Positions 20,709 to 29,804 of a stretch of 64,000 nucleotides of DNA are shown piece after piece. The notes under the pieces were generated by a model. It saw only the letters and a program-made list of their open reading frames with translations, made no database searches and was not told where the DNA came from. Numbering within the stretch: the first letter of the stretch is position 1; each line of letters opens with the position of its first letter. This DNA is from a virus. Made by a program: the position numbers and the translations under genes. The DNA lies in IMG/VR virus record IMGVR_UViG_3300047095_000535, positions 19,708-83,707 of that record; one strand, 5' to 3'.

Positions 20709-20714
20709 GAGGGC

Positions 20715-21017
20715 GTGAAAAAGAAGATTACCAAGATCAACCTCAGTGAAACCACGACAGCGGAATCCGCTAAGTCTGTGGAGGAATATAGAAGCTCCGA
20801 TCACCTATCCCCCAATGTGGGATATTGGATTTTAGGGGAGATACAGGTCGAACCTGTGGTGGATGGTCATATGGTGGTTTATAGGACTGTTCGAAACGGT
20901 GTGGCTTGTCCCGGCGTTTTTGTATCGTCCAAGGTTGAAAAAGTAGAGGAAAAACACGGGGTTACATATGTGACCACTGCCAACAGCATTTATTTGATAG
21001 CGGATTACGAGAAATAA
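20715..21017 (+). CDS. Hypothetical protein
   Basis: GTG exactly 24 nt after the promoter motif start. Confidence 0.65.
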   Translation: MKKKITKINLSETTTAESAKSVEEYRSSDHLSPNVGYWILGEIQVEPVVDGHMVVYRTVRNGVACPGVFVSSKVEKVEEKHGVTYVTTANSIYLIADYEK

Positions 21018-21022
21018 ATTGT

Positions 21023-21511
21023 ATGGAATTTTTAAGAACCAATATAACCCAAGAGTGGAAAGATCTCGTAGAAGAGTTTCCAGAAATCTTTTTAGAACCT
21101 TCCCCTGAAGTATTGGAGGACTTTAAAAGGTGTAAACGAACGTTTGAGGTTGATCAGATTTGCAACCTACGATACGGGTTTGAATGTGGCATTGGTTGGA
21201 AGGACATAATTCGGGATTTTTGTGTAAAAACCCGGGAACTTGTAAACACCGCTAAAGCGAACGGGCATGAGATTCATTTTAAAACCTTTATACTGAAGGA
21301 AAAGTTGGGCGGGCTTAGAAACCAAGGATTTTTCTATGGACCGGACTATAGGTTGTACTATGAGCAATTCCGGAAAATAGATTCCGAGTTGGAGTCCAAA
21401 TCTTACCATGTTTGTGAATGTACTGGCCTTTCAGGAAGTTTGGTCTCCCTCCCCGGTGGATGGTTACAGGTTTTAAACCCGGAGTTAGCTAAAGCGGCAA
21501 ACGCTAAGTAA
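21023..21511 (+). CDS. Hypothetical phage protein (GFECGxGW..KEKxGxLR..CExxG type)
   Basis: Motif pattern common among phage hypothetical proteins. Confidence 0.65.
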   Translation: MEFLRTNITQEWKDLVEEFPEIFLEPSPEVLEDFKRCKRTFEVDQICNLRYGFECGIGWKDIIRDFCVKTRELVNTAKANGHEIHFKTFILKEKLGGLRNQGFFYGPDYRLYYEQFRKIDSELESKSYHVCECTGLSGSLVSLPGGWLQVLNPELAKAANAK

Positions 21512-21519
21512 ATATTGGC

Positions 21520-22419
21520 ATGATATTTTCCACCTTATTAGAGAAGATTAGAAATCCTCTACGAAAGCAGGAGTTGGCGCGTACTGGCGGGAACATAGAT
21601 TACCGTAAAGTTAAAACGCCAACTGCGGACGACTGGAAGAATAAGGTTATTCAAGGGGAAGGTCTGAACGATGAGGAATCAATCATTAGAGCGAAATATA
21701 CGGCTCTACATAAGGTGTTTCCAGATAGGGCGGAAAAATGGCTTGATAACCTAGCCTTTGATAAGGGTCTTGGAATACTAAGAACCAAGCTGGACCCGTC
21801 TGTTCGAAAGCTTTATGAGAAGTATGGGGTTCAGGTTTTTGTGGATAAGTACGCGACTGGTAAGTACGCTCCAACCTCGTACGAGTATCGGGTATTTATT
21901 TACGCATTTAATAACTTTCTAAGTTCAATAACTGGACTTCTCCCTAATAAAAAGCCAAAAATAATAATTACGAATAAATACCAAAATCCTTTATTTAAGG
22001 CGTATACGAAGGATACCCCAATTGCGTTATATTATGATAGGATGATATACGTGGATGAATACGCGGCGGAAGATCCCGAATCCTATATACATGAGTACGC
22101 GCATTACCTTGCGGACCTGATTCCCAAGCAATCCGAACCTATGCTGGAGAAAGCGTACAATGATATGCTTGACTTTTACTGGAGACGTGCTAAAAAGAAG
22201 AGGTATGACGTATCGGCCAAACTAAGATCCAAGGAAGAGGAAGCGATTGCCGATAAATGGAGAAAGAGGATTTCCACTAAACTAGGAATCCCTGAGTATG
22301 GACTGACCAACAAGGACGAGTTTTTTGCGGTTCTGATTCAAAAATGGAATACGCTGCCCAACAATATGGCAACCTATCGGTATAAACAAACTGTGAAAAC
22401 GTTACTTTCAAGACTCTAA
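21520..22419 (+). CDS. Zincin-like metallopeptidase
   Basis: HExxH 'HEYAH' plus downstream 'YGLTNKDEFFA' supplying the third ligand; TAAATA 5 nt upstream. Confidence 0.7.
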   Translation: MIFSTLLEKIRNPLRKQELARTGGNIDYRKVKTPTADDWKNKVIQGEGLNDEESIIRAKYTALHKVFPDRAEKWLDNLAFDKGLGILRTKLDPSVRKLYEKYGVQVFVDKYATGKYAPTSYEYRVFIYAFNNFLSSITGLLPNKKPKIIITNKYQNPLFKAYTKDTPIALYYDRMIYVDEYAAEDPESYIHEYAHYLADLIPKQSEPMLEKAYNDMLDFYWRRAKKKRYDVSAKLRSKEEEAIADKWRKRISTKLGIPEYGLTNKDEFFAVLIQKWNTLPNNMATYRYKQTVKTLLSRL

Positions 22420-22442
22420 TCCAGACAAAATGAAACAAAACA

Positions 22443-22637
22443 ATGAATAAGGTGCTATATGAAGGCAATATAGGAAGCTACAGCTTCATCATGACTAGCG
22501 AAGACGTGATCGATGTATGGAACGATGTAAGTAATGAACGACCAGACTCTTTTATCTTCATAAAAGAGGGATGTATCAAGAACCAGAAGGATTTTGATAT
22601 GGAGATTAGTTATTGGTTCTTGAAAAACGTAGGATAA
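22443..22637 (+). CDS. Hypothetical protein
   Basis: 64-aa ORF in operon. Confidence 0.55.
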   Translation: MNKVLYEGNIGSYSFIMTSEDVIDVWNDVSNERPDSFIFIKEGCIKNQKDFDMEISYWFLKNVG

Positions 22638-22641
22638 AAAT

Positions 22642-23040
22642 ATGAGAGTTATAAACAAACAAGTTAGTGATACATGTAAATGTCGCCATTGTCATGTAGG
22701 AGATTTTACATTAGACCCGGAGCTACAGGAATATTTTGATTCCATTCCGTCCTTTACGGACGAAGATCTTGTAGATTTCTTAGAGGCGATGCGAAGCATA
22801 CATGAAAAAGACGTCAAGTCTGAACAAGAAACCTTAATCGAGGAAGCCAAAGAAACCATAGAGTATACGCAGGGGTTGATAGATAACTTCTATGATAGCG
22901 TGATCGTCGATCTTAAACTTAAGGATGGGGGAGAAGATTGGGTATTTGATTACCTATTCAATAATTCCGAGGGAGAGACTTTCGAAGAATACTTGGCCCG
23001 ACACGGACGCCTCGTAAACGATGTATTGGAGGATTCATGA
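22642..23040 (+). CDS. Hypothetical acidic protein
   Basis: 132-aa ORF in operon. Confidence 0.6.
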   Translation: MRVINKQVSDTCKCRHCHVGDFTLDPELQEYFDSIPSFTDEDLVDFLEAMRSIHEKDVKSEQETLIEEAKETIEYTQGLIDNFYDSVIVDLKLKDGGEDWVFDYLFNNSEGETFEEYLARHGRLVNDVLEDS

Positions 23041-23510
23041 GTAAGGATATCACGTTACCTTCGGAATTGATTGAACATGACCTGACTCCATCGGAGATAG
23101 GATCTATTTTTATACTGTTTTCGTTAGTTGATACTAACGAGTACTCTCCGGAAGTAGTAACTGATTGGGCGTCTAATAGGGATTTTTTAGAAGCGATTCA
23201 AAGTATAAGCCGTAAGGGTATTTTAGAATACGGTGACGACGGTAAATGGACCATAGACTTGACCCGACAAGAAGTTTTTTGGGAAAAGGGTACGGATAGT
23301 CTTACAGGCAATACCATTTATAAACATGAACGTTATATAGCGTTACCTTACTTATGGAAGGATTCTATACGCTGGATGTTGATGGATGATATTCATGTGA
23401 ATAGTCCAAGCAACAGGTTATTTGAAACATTGGAGCTGGCTAGAGAGGAAATAGAACGTAATGAGCGAATGGAAAGGGAAACAAAGCTGGGTTCGTCCGA
23501 GGGATCATAG
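23037..23510 (+). CDS. Hypothetical protein
   Basis: 157-aa ORF with ATGA coupling. Confidence 0.6.
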   Translation: MSKDITLPSELIEHDLTPSEIGSIFILFSLVDTNEYSPEVVTDWASNRDFLEAIQSISRKGILEYGDDGKWTIDLTRQEVFWEKGTDSLTGNTIYKHERYIALPYLWKDSIRWMLMDDIHVNSPSNRLFETLELAREEIERNERMERETKLGSSEGS

Positions 23511-24003
23511 AAAGTATTGGGAAAGGTACGATAACATCGATTTTACAAAGGGTAAAAAACCACCAGACCTTCCAATACCCCCTAAACAAAAATACGAGTC
23601 AAAACCATCCTCAACAGGGGGTTTTCTGTTTTTAGACGATGTTAGGATGCCTTCAAGTGCGTACGCATATTCTCATAACCAGTATCTCCTCGCTGCGAGC
23701 GGGATTCCATACGGAAGTTGGGATATCGTACGGTCATACGAAGAGTTCGTGAAATACATCGAGGAAAAAGGTATTCCTGCCGTGGTGTCGTTCGATAACG
23801 ACTTGTACCACAACGGAAATCCCTCTTGTACGGAGAGAGTGAAATCCGGTTGTGACTGTGCGCGGTACTTGGTGGAACGGTGCAAGGAGCTTCAGCGGGA
23901 AATCCCGGTGTACTATATCCATTCGGCCAATCAACAAGCCCGTCTGGTAATTGAGAGAACGATGGAAATCGGACGAAAGCAGATAAACACTAGGACATCA
24001 TAG
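23461..24003 (+). CDS. Cyclic-phosphate processing receiver (cREC) domain protein
   Basis: 'LFLDDVRMP..VRSYEEF..VSFDNDL..SGCDCARYL..YIHSAN' matches the receiver-fold family linked to RNA repair. Confidence 0.75.
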   Translation: MSEWKGKQSWVRPRDHRKYWERYDNIDFTKGKKPPDLPIPPKQKYESKPSSTGGFLFLDDVRMPSSAYAYSHNQYLLAASGIPYGSWDIVRSYEEFVKYIEEKGIPAVVSFDNDLYHNGNPSCTERVKSGCDCARYLVERCKELQREIPVYYIHSANQQARLVIERTMEIGRKQINTRTS

Positions 24004-24007
24004 CGGC

Positions 24008-24736
24008 GTGACTTACAACTTTAGAAAAAATGAAATTATCCTGCTTGGGGATACACACTCTTTGGAGATCACGCGGGATATCTTAAAAACCCGTGAGGTA
24101 ATAGAGGGCAGCGATATCTGGCATTGTGGGGATACGGCGTTGGGGTTTGGCGATATAGCTTATTCTATAAACAATGCCCTTACTTGGCTGGGAATGTATA
24201 ACCAGATATGTAAGGATTTGGATATCCGACTGTATATCAATCACGGAAATCACGACGCTACATATCCTGAGATTTGGGATTCCATATGGTGTAATGTAAC
24301 CATGGTCAAGACCGGAGACGTTGCGACATTCCCCAATGGAAAGACCGCACTTCTAGTAGGTGGTGGAATCAGCGTGGATAGGGTTACTCGAAAAAACAAT
24401 TTTGATTATTGGGCGGGTGAAGCCACTCCGATTCTTGAGGACGTTCCGAAGTGTGATATTGTGTTCTCTCATGATTGTCCTGAGAAGTTCAATCACCCCA
24501 CGGCGACCTTACCCAATCATTATGGATGGTATGTGGATAGAGATCCTACCTTAATGGCGGATTGTGCTAATCAGCGCAAAACCATGACTGATATTGTGGA
24601 TAGGTCTGAAGCGAAGACTTTGTTCTACGGACATTTTCACAATTCAATGACTCAGAAGATTGACGGGGTTTATGCGCGTTGTTTGGATATCAACGAATTG
24701 TTCTTTTTTGACGCGGAGAAGGAGTACACGGTATGA
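24008..24736 (+). CDS. Calcineurin-like metallophosphoesterase
   Basis: 'GDTH', 'CGD', 'GNHD', 'SHDCP', 'GHFH'. Confidence 0.85.
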   Translation: MTYNFRKNEIILLGDTHSLEITRDILKTREVIEGSDIWHCGDTALGFGDIAYSINNALTWLGMYNQICKDLDIRLYINHGNHDATYPEIWDSIWCNVTMVKTGDVATFPNGKTALLVGGGISVDRVTRKNNFDYWAGEATPILEDVPKCDIVFSHDCPEKFNHPTATLPNHYGWYVDRDPTLMADCANQRKTMTDIVDRSEAKTLFYGHFHNSMTQKIDGVYARCLDINELFFFDAEKEYTV

Positions 24737-25296
24737 GTGAAAGGTTTTTATTCTTAGATCTTGACGAGACTCTGATTTCCACTTTATATGCCAATAACGA
24801 GTATCATGCGGATCAGTTGTTGGAGATATATACCCAACATTGGAAAGGGGAGAAATATACCCTGTCTGATGGGTGGTATGTGTCTTTCTTACGGGAATGG
24901 TCGAAGGACTTGATAGCTTATTATCAGGCGATACTAGGACACAAGAACGTTGGCATTTTATCATGGGGAACAGTGGAGTATATTACGTATGTAAATCAAC
25001 TAATGGAGTTGAATGTAGCAGGATATAATATATATGGCCGGGAAGACATGGGGGCGAACGTTCCCAAGTTAAAAGGTCTTAACAAGGTTCTGGTGGATAA
25101 CGAGGATTATAACCATCACCTTAAAATGGGGTATCCATACACGAAGATAAACTTTTTAGAAGAGTTGCCAGCAAACAAATTGGTTACGGTTCGGTCGTTT
25201 GACGTACGGTACTCCTATGGGGATTTGTGGGATACGGAGTTTGAAGATTTAACGGTCCAGATTGATCTTGCGTTTAGGGCGGGCCAACCAGAGTAA
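24733..25296 (+). CDS. HAD-superfamily (NIF-like) phosphatase
   Basis: DxDxT 'FLDLDETL' and 'LVDN'. Confidence 0.7.
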   Translation: MSERFLFLDLDETLISTLYANNEYHADQLLEIYTQHWKGEKYTLSDGWYVSFLREWSKDLIAYYQAILGHKNVGILSWGTVEYITYVNQLMELNVAGYNIYGREDMGANVPKLKGLNKVLVDNEDYNHHLKMGYPYTKINFLEELPANKLVTVRSFDVRYSYGDLWDTEFEDLTVQIDLAFRAGQPE

Positions 25297-25318
25297 AACA
25301 CTAGGAGATAATAAAAAC

Positions 25319-26197
25319 ATGAAAGCATATAAGGCAACTATAAATATGAAATGCTGGGAGCTTACTTATGAGGTAGGCAAGACGTATTCGATAACCCGTA
25401 TGGAAATGTGTGACCACGGGTTTCACTTCTGTCCGGTAGTGAGGGACGTTTTCAACTACTATCTATATACCAAGGATATTGTGGTGATAGAAATTGAGAT
25501 TCTTGGTAGTGTGGCCATCCTTGGAGATAAGGGGGTCACGGATAAGATGAAGGTTCTACGAGTCGTTCCAAAGGAAGAATATGGGGCGGAAGCACCTACT
25601 CTTGTATATGATGAGAGAGGAAACGTGGTTTCTGAAAATATTCGTGTTTGCTCGAAGTTTGAAAACGGGTTGTATACGTATGAATATGACGAGCGTAACA
25701 ATATGACTCGTAAAACTCTTCCCAACGGTGTTGAATGGGTGTACGAGTATGATGAGGGAAACCGCATGACCAGACAGACTTGTTCGAATCGTGGTACTGA
25801 ATGTGAGTACGCGTATAATGAGCGTGGCAACATGATTTCTAAGACCTCTAGCCATGGCACATTGACGTTTGAGTATGATGAGCGCAACAATCTAATCTCT
25901 GAATCATCTTCCGGGGGAAATGCTCCAACGACACATAAATATGATGAGCGTAACAACCGGATCTCGACAGACCGGAACGGTAGCTTTACTACTTGCGAGT
26001 ATGACGAACGAGATAACAAGATTTCGGAAACAGATGGAAGTGGGCATAAGAGTGTGTTTGGTTATGATGATCAAAATCGACGCGTTTCTTCTATATACGG
26101 TCCTTACGGTGATACATACCTCAATAGGTATGACGAAGCGGGCAATTTGGTGTTTTCATCCACTCCTAGATATCATTGGGCCATAACAATCGAGTAA
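25319..26197 (+). CDS. YD/RHS-repeat protein with conserved N-terminal phage domain (paralog 1)
   Basis: N-terminal 'AYKA..YEVGKTY..CDHGFHFC' followed by about 9 'YxYDERxN' repeats; ATG 24 nt after promoter motif. Confidence 0.8.
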   Translation: MKAYKATINMKCWELTYEVGKTYSITRMEMCDHGFHFCPVVRDVFNYYLYTKDIVVIEIEILGSVAILGDKGVTDKMKVLRVVPKEEYGAEAPTLVYDERGNVVSENIRVCSKFENGLYTYEYDERNNMTRKTLPNGVEWVYEYDEGNRMTRQTCSNRGTECEYAYNERGNMISKTSSHGTLTFEYDERNNLISESSSGGNAPTTHKYDERNNRISTDRNGSFTTCEYDERDNKISETDGSGHKSVFGYDDQNRRVSSIYGPYGDTYLNRYDEAGNLVFSSTPRYHWAITIE

Positions 26198-26224
26198 AAC
26201 ACTAGGATATCATGGCGTCGTCAC

Positions 26225-26252
26225 TTGACAAATGGGATTTTAATAGTAGAAT
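26225..26252 (+). promoter_or_regulatory. Sigma70-like promoter upstream of rIIB
   Basis: TTGACA-N16-TAGAAT. Confidence 0.55.
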
Positions 26253-26260
26253 AAGAAGGT

Positions 26261-27262
26261 ATGAAGTACATTACAAACACAGCAGCAATCGTGCTTTTTC
26301 TTGACGGGAAAAGCGTTCGGGTGGAAAAAACGGACAGACGTTATCCACTAATTGTCAAGGTTTTCCAACTTCCGTTGGAAGATCAAGAGGCGGAAGTCAA
26401 TCGTATCCTTGGGATACCGGAGGATAAACTGGAAGATGTTATCGCGGATGAGGAACATTTCGATGTGGTAGACGGCAACGTGTATTACAATGGGGAGGAA
26501 CTCCCGCCCGCACTTTCAACGAAAGTGAAGTCCATTATCAAGGATGGTCTCCCACTAGGACACTTTGAAGCGTTTTGGAAGAAACTGTCTCTTAACCCTA
26601 GTTCCACTTCCGTTAAGGAGTTGGTGGACTTTTTGGAGTATAAGGAACTCCCTATTACGGAAGACGGATGCTTCCTTGCTTACAAGGGCGTTTCCCCTAC
26701 TCTTTATTCCATCCATGGAAACAAGGAAACTAAGGTTGTTAGAGGTCAGGTGGATGAAACCGGGCATATTTACAACGGAGTTGGTGAGATCGTGGAAGTT
26801 CTTCGTCGGGACGTCGATGACAATCGTCACAACGAATGTTCACACGGTCTCCATGTCGGTTCACTGGATTATGCTTCGGGATGGGGCCATATGATGGTTG
26901 TCGTCAAGGTCAATCCTGCGGATGTTGTGTCGGTTCCTGCCGGCTGTTCATTCCAGAAGTGCCGCGTTTGTAAGTATGAAGTGGTTTCCGCGTATGGACA
27001 GGAAATCACCGCATCCGTGGTTGACGAGAAGGGCGAATCCACGTTGGTTCCCGATGTTCAAAAGGAACGTTCCGCTACGGTGGATCGTATCGAGAAGTAT
27101 CTCACTGGAAAACGCGAAGACGGGTATGATGAAGTCACTGTTCGTCAGATTCAGAATATTTTCTCCCCTAATTGGGTGACTCGCATGGAAGTGTTGGACG
27201 CTTTACAAGAGTTGGATGAGTATTGGGAGTCTTATGACGGAGCGGACTACGTGGAACTGTAA
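26261..27262 (+). CDS. rIIB: rIIB-like protein
   Basis: 'LPITEDGCFLAYKGV..VDDNRHNECSHGLHVGSLDYA..VKVNPADVVSVP..CRVCKYEVV'. Confidence 0.85.
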   Translation: MKYITNTAAIVLFLDGKSVRVEKTDRRYPLIVKVFQLPLEDQEAEVNRILGIPEDKLEDVIADEEHFDVVDGNVYYNGEELPPALSTKVKSIIKDGLPLGHFEAFWKKLSLNPSSTSVKELVDFLEYKELPITEDGCFLAYKGVSPTLYSIHGNKETKVVRGQVDETGHIYNGVGEIVEVLRRDVDDNRHNECSHGLHVGSLDYASGWGHMMVVVKVNPADVVSVPAGCSFQKCRVCKYEVVSAYGQEITASVVDEKGESTLVPDVQKERSATVDRIEKYLTGKREDGYDEVTVRQIQNIFSPNWVTRMEVLDALQELDEYWESYDGADYVEL

Positions 27263-27283
27263 GTTCTAAGCGGACAAAACAAG

Positions 27284-27320
27284 GGGATGGGAGAGCGAAA
27301 CATATCTCCCATCCCATTTT
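27284..27320 (+). terminator. Intrinsic terminator
   Basis: GGGATGGGAGA..TCTCCCATCCC followed by ATTTT. Confidence 0.7.
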
Positions 27321-27392
27321 AAGAAAAAAAAATACTAGCTTGGTTTATCGAGCAATAAGATTTCACATTAAACACTAGAATACTATAAACAT

Positions 27393-27719
27393 ATGGAAAA
27401 CGTATTAAAACTATATATCAGAAACGAGAAGAATCAACCAAGAGGCGTCGTGGTGGCGGTAAAAGTCGGTGATCAGATGTGTTACGGATTTTCCCTTCTA
27501 AACACTCGTCTTGACAAGTGGGATAGGGTGAAAGGTACTGCGATTGCGATGGCGAGAGCAGCGGCGGCATCTTATAAACTGCCTGTTGTTCCGGAACGCG
27601 AAAAGATGGTTGTTGATGGTTTTAACAAGCTTCAGGATCGGGCCTTGAAATACTTCAAGGACATTCCACCGGAAAACATTCGCATCGATCTTACGGTTGA
27701 TGAAGAAGAGGAGTGGTAA
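27393..27719 (+). CDS. Hypothetical protein
   Basis: 108-aa ORF; ATG 24 nt after promoter motif. Confidence 0.65.
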   Translation: MENVLKLYIRNEKNQPRGVVVAVKVGDQMCYGFSLLNTRLDKWDRVKGTAIAMARAAAASYKLPVVPEREKMVVDGFNKLQDRALKYFKDIPPENIRIDLTVDEEEEW

Positions 27720-27728
27720 CAGTTTTAA

Positions 27729-27797
27729 TGCTCTCTGGAGTCCTGCATGTCGCGATCAGGATAGCCTGTCATGTGAGAACCATGCGGAGGGCAACCA
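27729..27797 (+). ncRNA. tRNA-like small RNA (single 5' arm, CCA end)
   Basis: 9-bp acceptor stem TGCTCTCTG/CGGAGGGCA plus ACCA; T-arm CATG-TGAGAAC-CATG; one further arm TCCTG/CAGGA. Confidence 0.6.
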
Positions 27798-27851
27798 ATT
27801 TCGTCCATCAAAGGCGGGTTATTCCCATCCTGTCAATATAATAGGAATACC

Positions 27852-28076
27852 GTGAATAAAATAAACGGTCCCTTTAGACGATTTGATTTTATGAATAAAA
27901 GCGACTGGAATAAATACCAAGTCACCAATGTCAGTTTTGGTACGAAACTCGTATCCGAGCTGACATTGGCGCAGGCGAAAACAGAACTTTGTATTGCCAT
28001 AGACATGATCGAACAGATGGTCGAACATAATAAAAAAGCAATGCAGGTAGTTACAAAACAATACGACAATGATTGA
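27852..28076 (+). CDS. Hypothetical protein
   Basis: 74-aa ORF in operon. Confidence 0.5.
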   Translation: MNKINGPFRRFDFMNKSDWNKYQVTNVSFGTKLVSELTLAQAKTELCIAIDMIEQMVEHNKKAMQVVTKQYDND

Positions 28077-28231
28077 CATAGAAGCAGGAGTTGATAAGGA
28101 CGGAAATCGATTTGTACAGGTGTTACAAGATAGATGGTTACAGTTTATTCGGGAGCAACCTTTAACAGCCGAAAGATATCAGCTTTGGGAAAAGTTGAAA
28201 GCGGATTATCTTGATGGACGGGAGGATTCCA

Positions 28232-28630
28232 ATGACTAATAGACTACCCAAACTAACGGGGCGGGAAATGCGGAAGTTTGATTTTTTCGGATGGTTTATG
28301 TGCGCGGTTGGAGGTCTTCTACTCTATGTTTATACGAAACATGCCATGGAGTTCGACTCCCATTCGTGGTGGGGAGTGGTTCTTGTCTTATGGGTCTTTT
28401 ATGACTATGTGACACGGGTAGCCTTCGGACGAGTCTACCAGTTCGTGTTTTTTGACACTATTCTGCGGAAGTTGTACAAGATACAGTCGTCTTCAGATAT
28501 GTATTACGTATGTGCCGAGAATGAAGAGGAGTTGGCCTTATACATGCACCTTCATTACCCGAATGTCAAGTATACGATTGAAGAGGAATCACACGTCGAG
28601 TCGTTTATCAGAACGGACGAACATCAATAA
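28232..28630 (+). CDS. Hypothetical membrane protein
   Basis: Two hydrophobic segments; ATG start 'MTNRLP' within the ORF-track call at 28211. Confidence 0.55.
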   Translation: MTNRLPKLTGREMRKFDFFGWFMCAVGGLLLYVYTKHAMEFDSHSWWGVVLVLWVFYDYVTRVAFGRVYQFVFFDTILRKLYKIQSSSDMYYVCAENEEELALYMHLHYPNVKYTIEEESHVESFIRTDEHQ

Positions 28631-28651
28631 ACACTAGCGGATAATACTCAC

Positions 28652-29152
28652 ATGTTACTGAAATACACAGACGGGGATTTGTTGGATATGCTGGATGAGG
28701 GAAGGGTAAACTATGTCCTTCATTGTTGCAATTGTCAGGCTATAATGGGGTCTGGAATTGCGGTTCAGATCAAGAATCGATATCCAGCGGTCTATCAGGC
28801 TTATTTAAATCATCACGATCTCATGGGTCTTGAATTGGGTACGGTATCATACGGTAAAATAGGGGATATCGCAAGTATGATGAGGCGTTATATTTTTAAC
28901 TTACACGCACAACATTTATTTGGAACCGGGGATCGGTTTGTCGATTACGAGGCATTGTATAAATCGATGGAGCGGGCTAGGGATATTATCGTTAGTAATA
29001 TCGGGGGAGTTGGCACTGTAGGAGTGCCGTATAATATGGCGGCGTTTAGAGCGGGGGGAGATTTTCGCATCGTCGAGACTATGTTGGAAGTAATTTTTGA
29101 GAATACCAGTTTGGATGTAATGATAGTAAAATACAACGGAAAAAACGTATGA
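28652..29152 (+). CDS. Macro domain (ADP-ribose processing) protein
   Basis: 'GDLL..HCCNCQAIMGSGIAVQIKNRYP..FNLHAQ..GVPYNMAAFRAGGD'. Confidence 0.85.
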   Translation: MLLKYTDGDLLDMLDEGRVNYVLHCCNCQAIMGSGIAVQIKNRYPAVYQAYLNHHDLMGLELGTVSYGKIGDIASMMRRYIFNLHAQHLFGTGDRFVDYEALYKSMERARDIIVSNIGGVGTVGVPYNMAAFRAGGDFRIVETMLEVIFENTSLDVMIVKYNGKNV

Positions 29153-29784
29153 AAAAGACAGCAGTAAAGAAAACAGTGGCGAAAAAAACAGCGAAGAAAG
29201 TGGCGACCAAAACCTCTCCTAAAGACCCAAGAAAGGAAGCAGTGCGGGCGTTTTACAACTTCTTCAAGAAGTATGACCAAGCGGAATTATCTACCAAGGT
29301 GATTCCAGTTGACGGGGTGGTGATCAATGCGACTTACCAAATATGTATATATGAGGACTATATGGATATCGATTGGTGTTCGTATGACGACGAAACCGTA
29401 TCCCCTACGGTTAGAAAATTCATGGACGTGATGAACATGGAAAATTGGGAGTGCTGGTTCGACGATAACGTGGACTCGTCTTCTTTGGATGAGTATTCCA
29501 AGGAAGTCGATGCTATCTGTAACGAGTATAGAACCTTGATCAATGCTCTTATAAAACATGGGTTCTCCGTCGAAGGGGTGTTGGATATTTTCGAAACCGT
29601 CGATAACTTCGAGACTGCTTACAAGCAATGCTCGTCTAATAACGTGCGGACCATTTACCTGAACTCTTCGTATAGTGCGGAAGTTCGTGAAGGGTTCGGC
29701 TACGTCAAGGTCGGGTGTCAGAAAATTGACATCGACTCAGTGAGAGGCATTCTCGCCGCGTATGACGAGCTTAATCCTCAATAA
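29149..29784 (+). CDS. Hypothetical protein with Lys/Ala histone-like N-terminus and shared C-terminal module
   Basis: 'KKTAVKKTVAKKTAKK'; C-terminal 'YLNSSYSAEV..VKVGCQ'. Confidence 0.65.
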   Translation: MKKTAVKKTVAKKTAKKVATKTSPKDPRKEAVRAFYNFFKKYDQAELSTKVIPVDGVVINATYQICIYEDYMDIDWCSYDDETVSPTVRKFMDVMNMENWECWFDDNVDSSSLDEYSKEVDAICNEYRTLINALIKHGFSVEGVLDIFETVDNFETAYKQCSSNNVRTIYLNSSYSAEVREGFGYVKVGCQKIDIDSVRGILAAYDELNPQ

Positions 29785-29804
29785 ACACTAGGATACCATA
29801 AGGT

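Noticed and set aside
27729-27797. Canonical tRNA gene
   Set aside because: It has only one arm besides the T arm, no 7-nt anticodon loop and no GTTC; reported as tRNA-like ncRNA instead.
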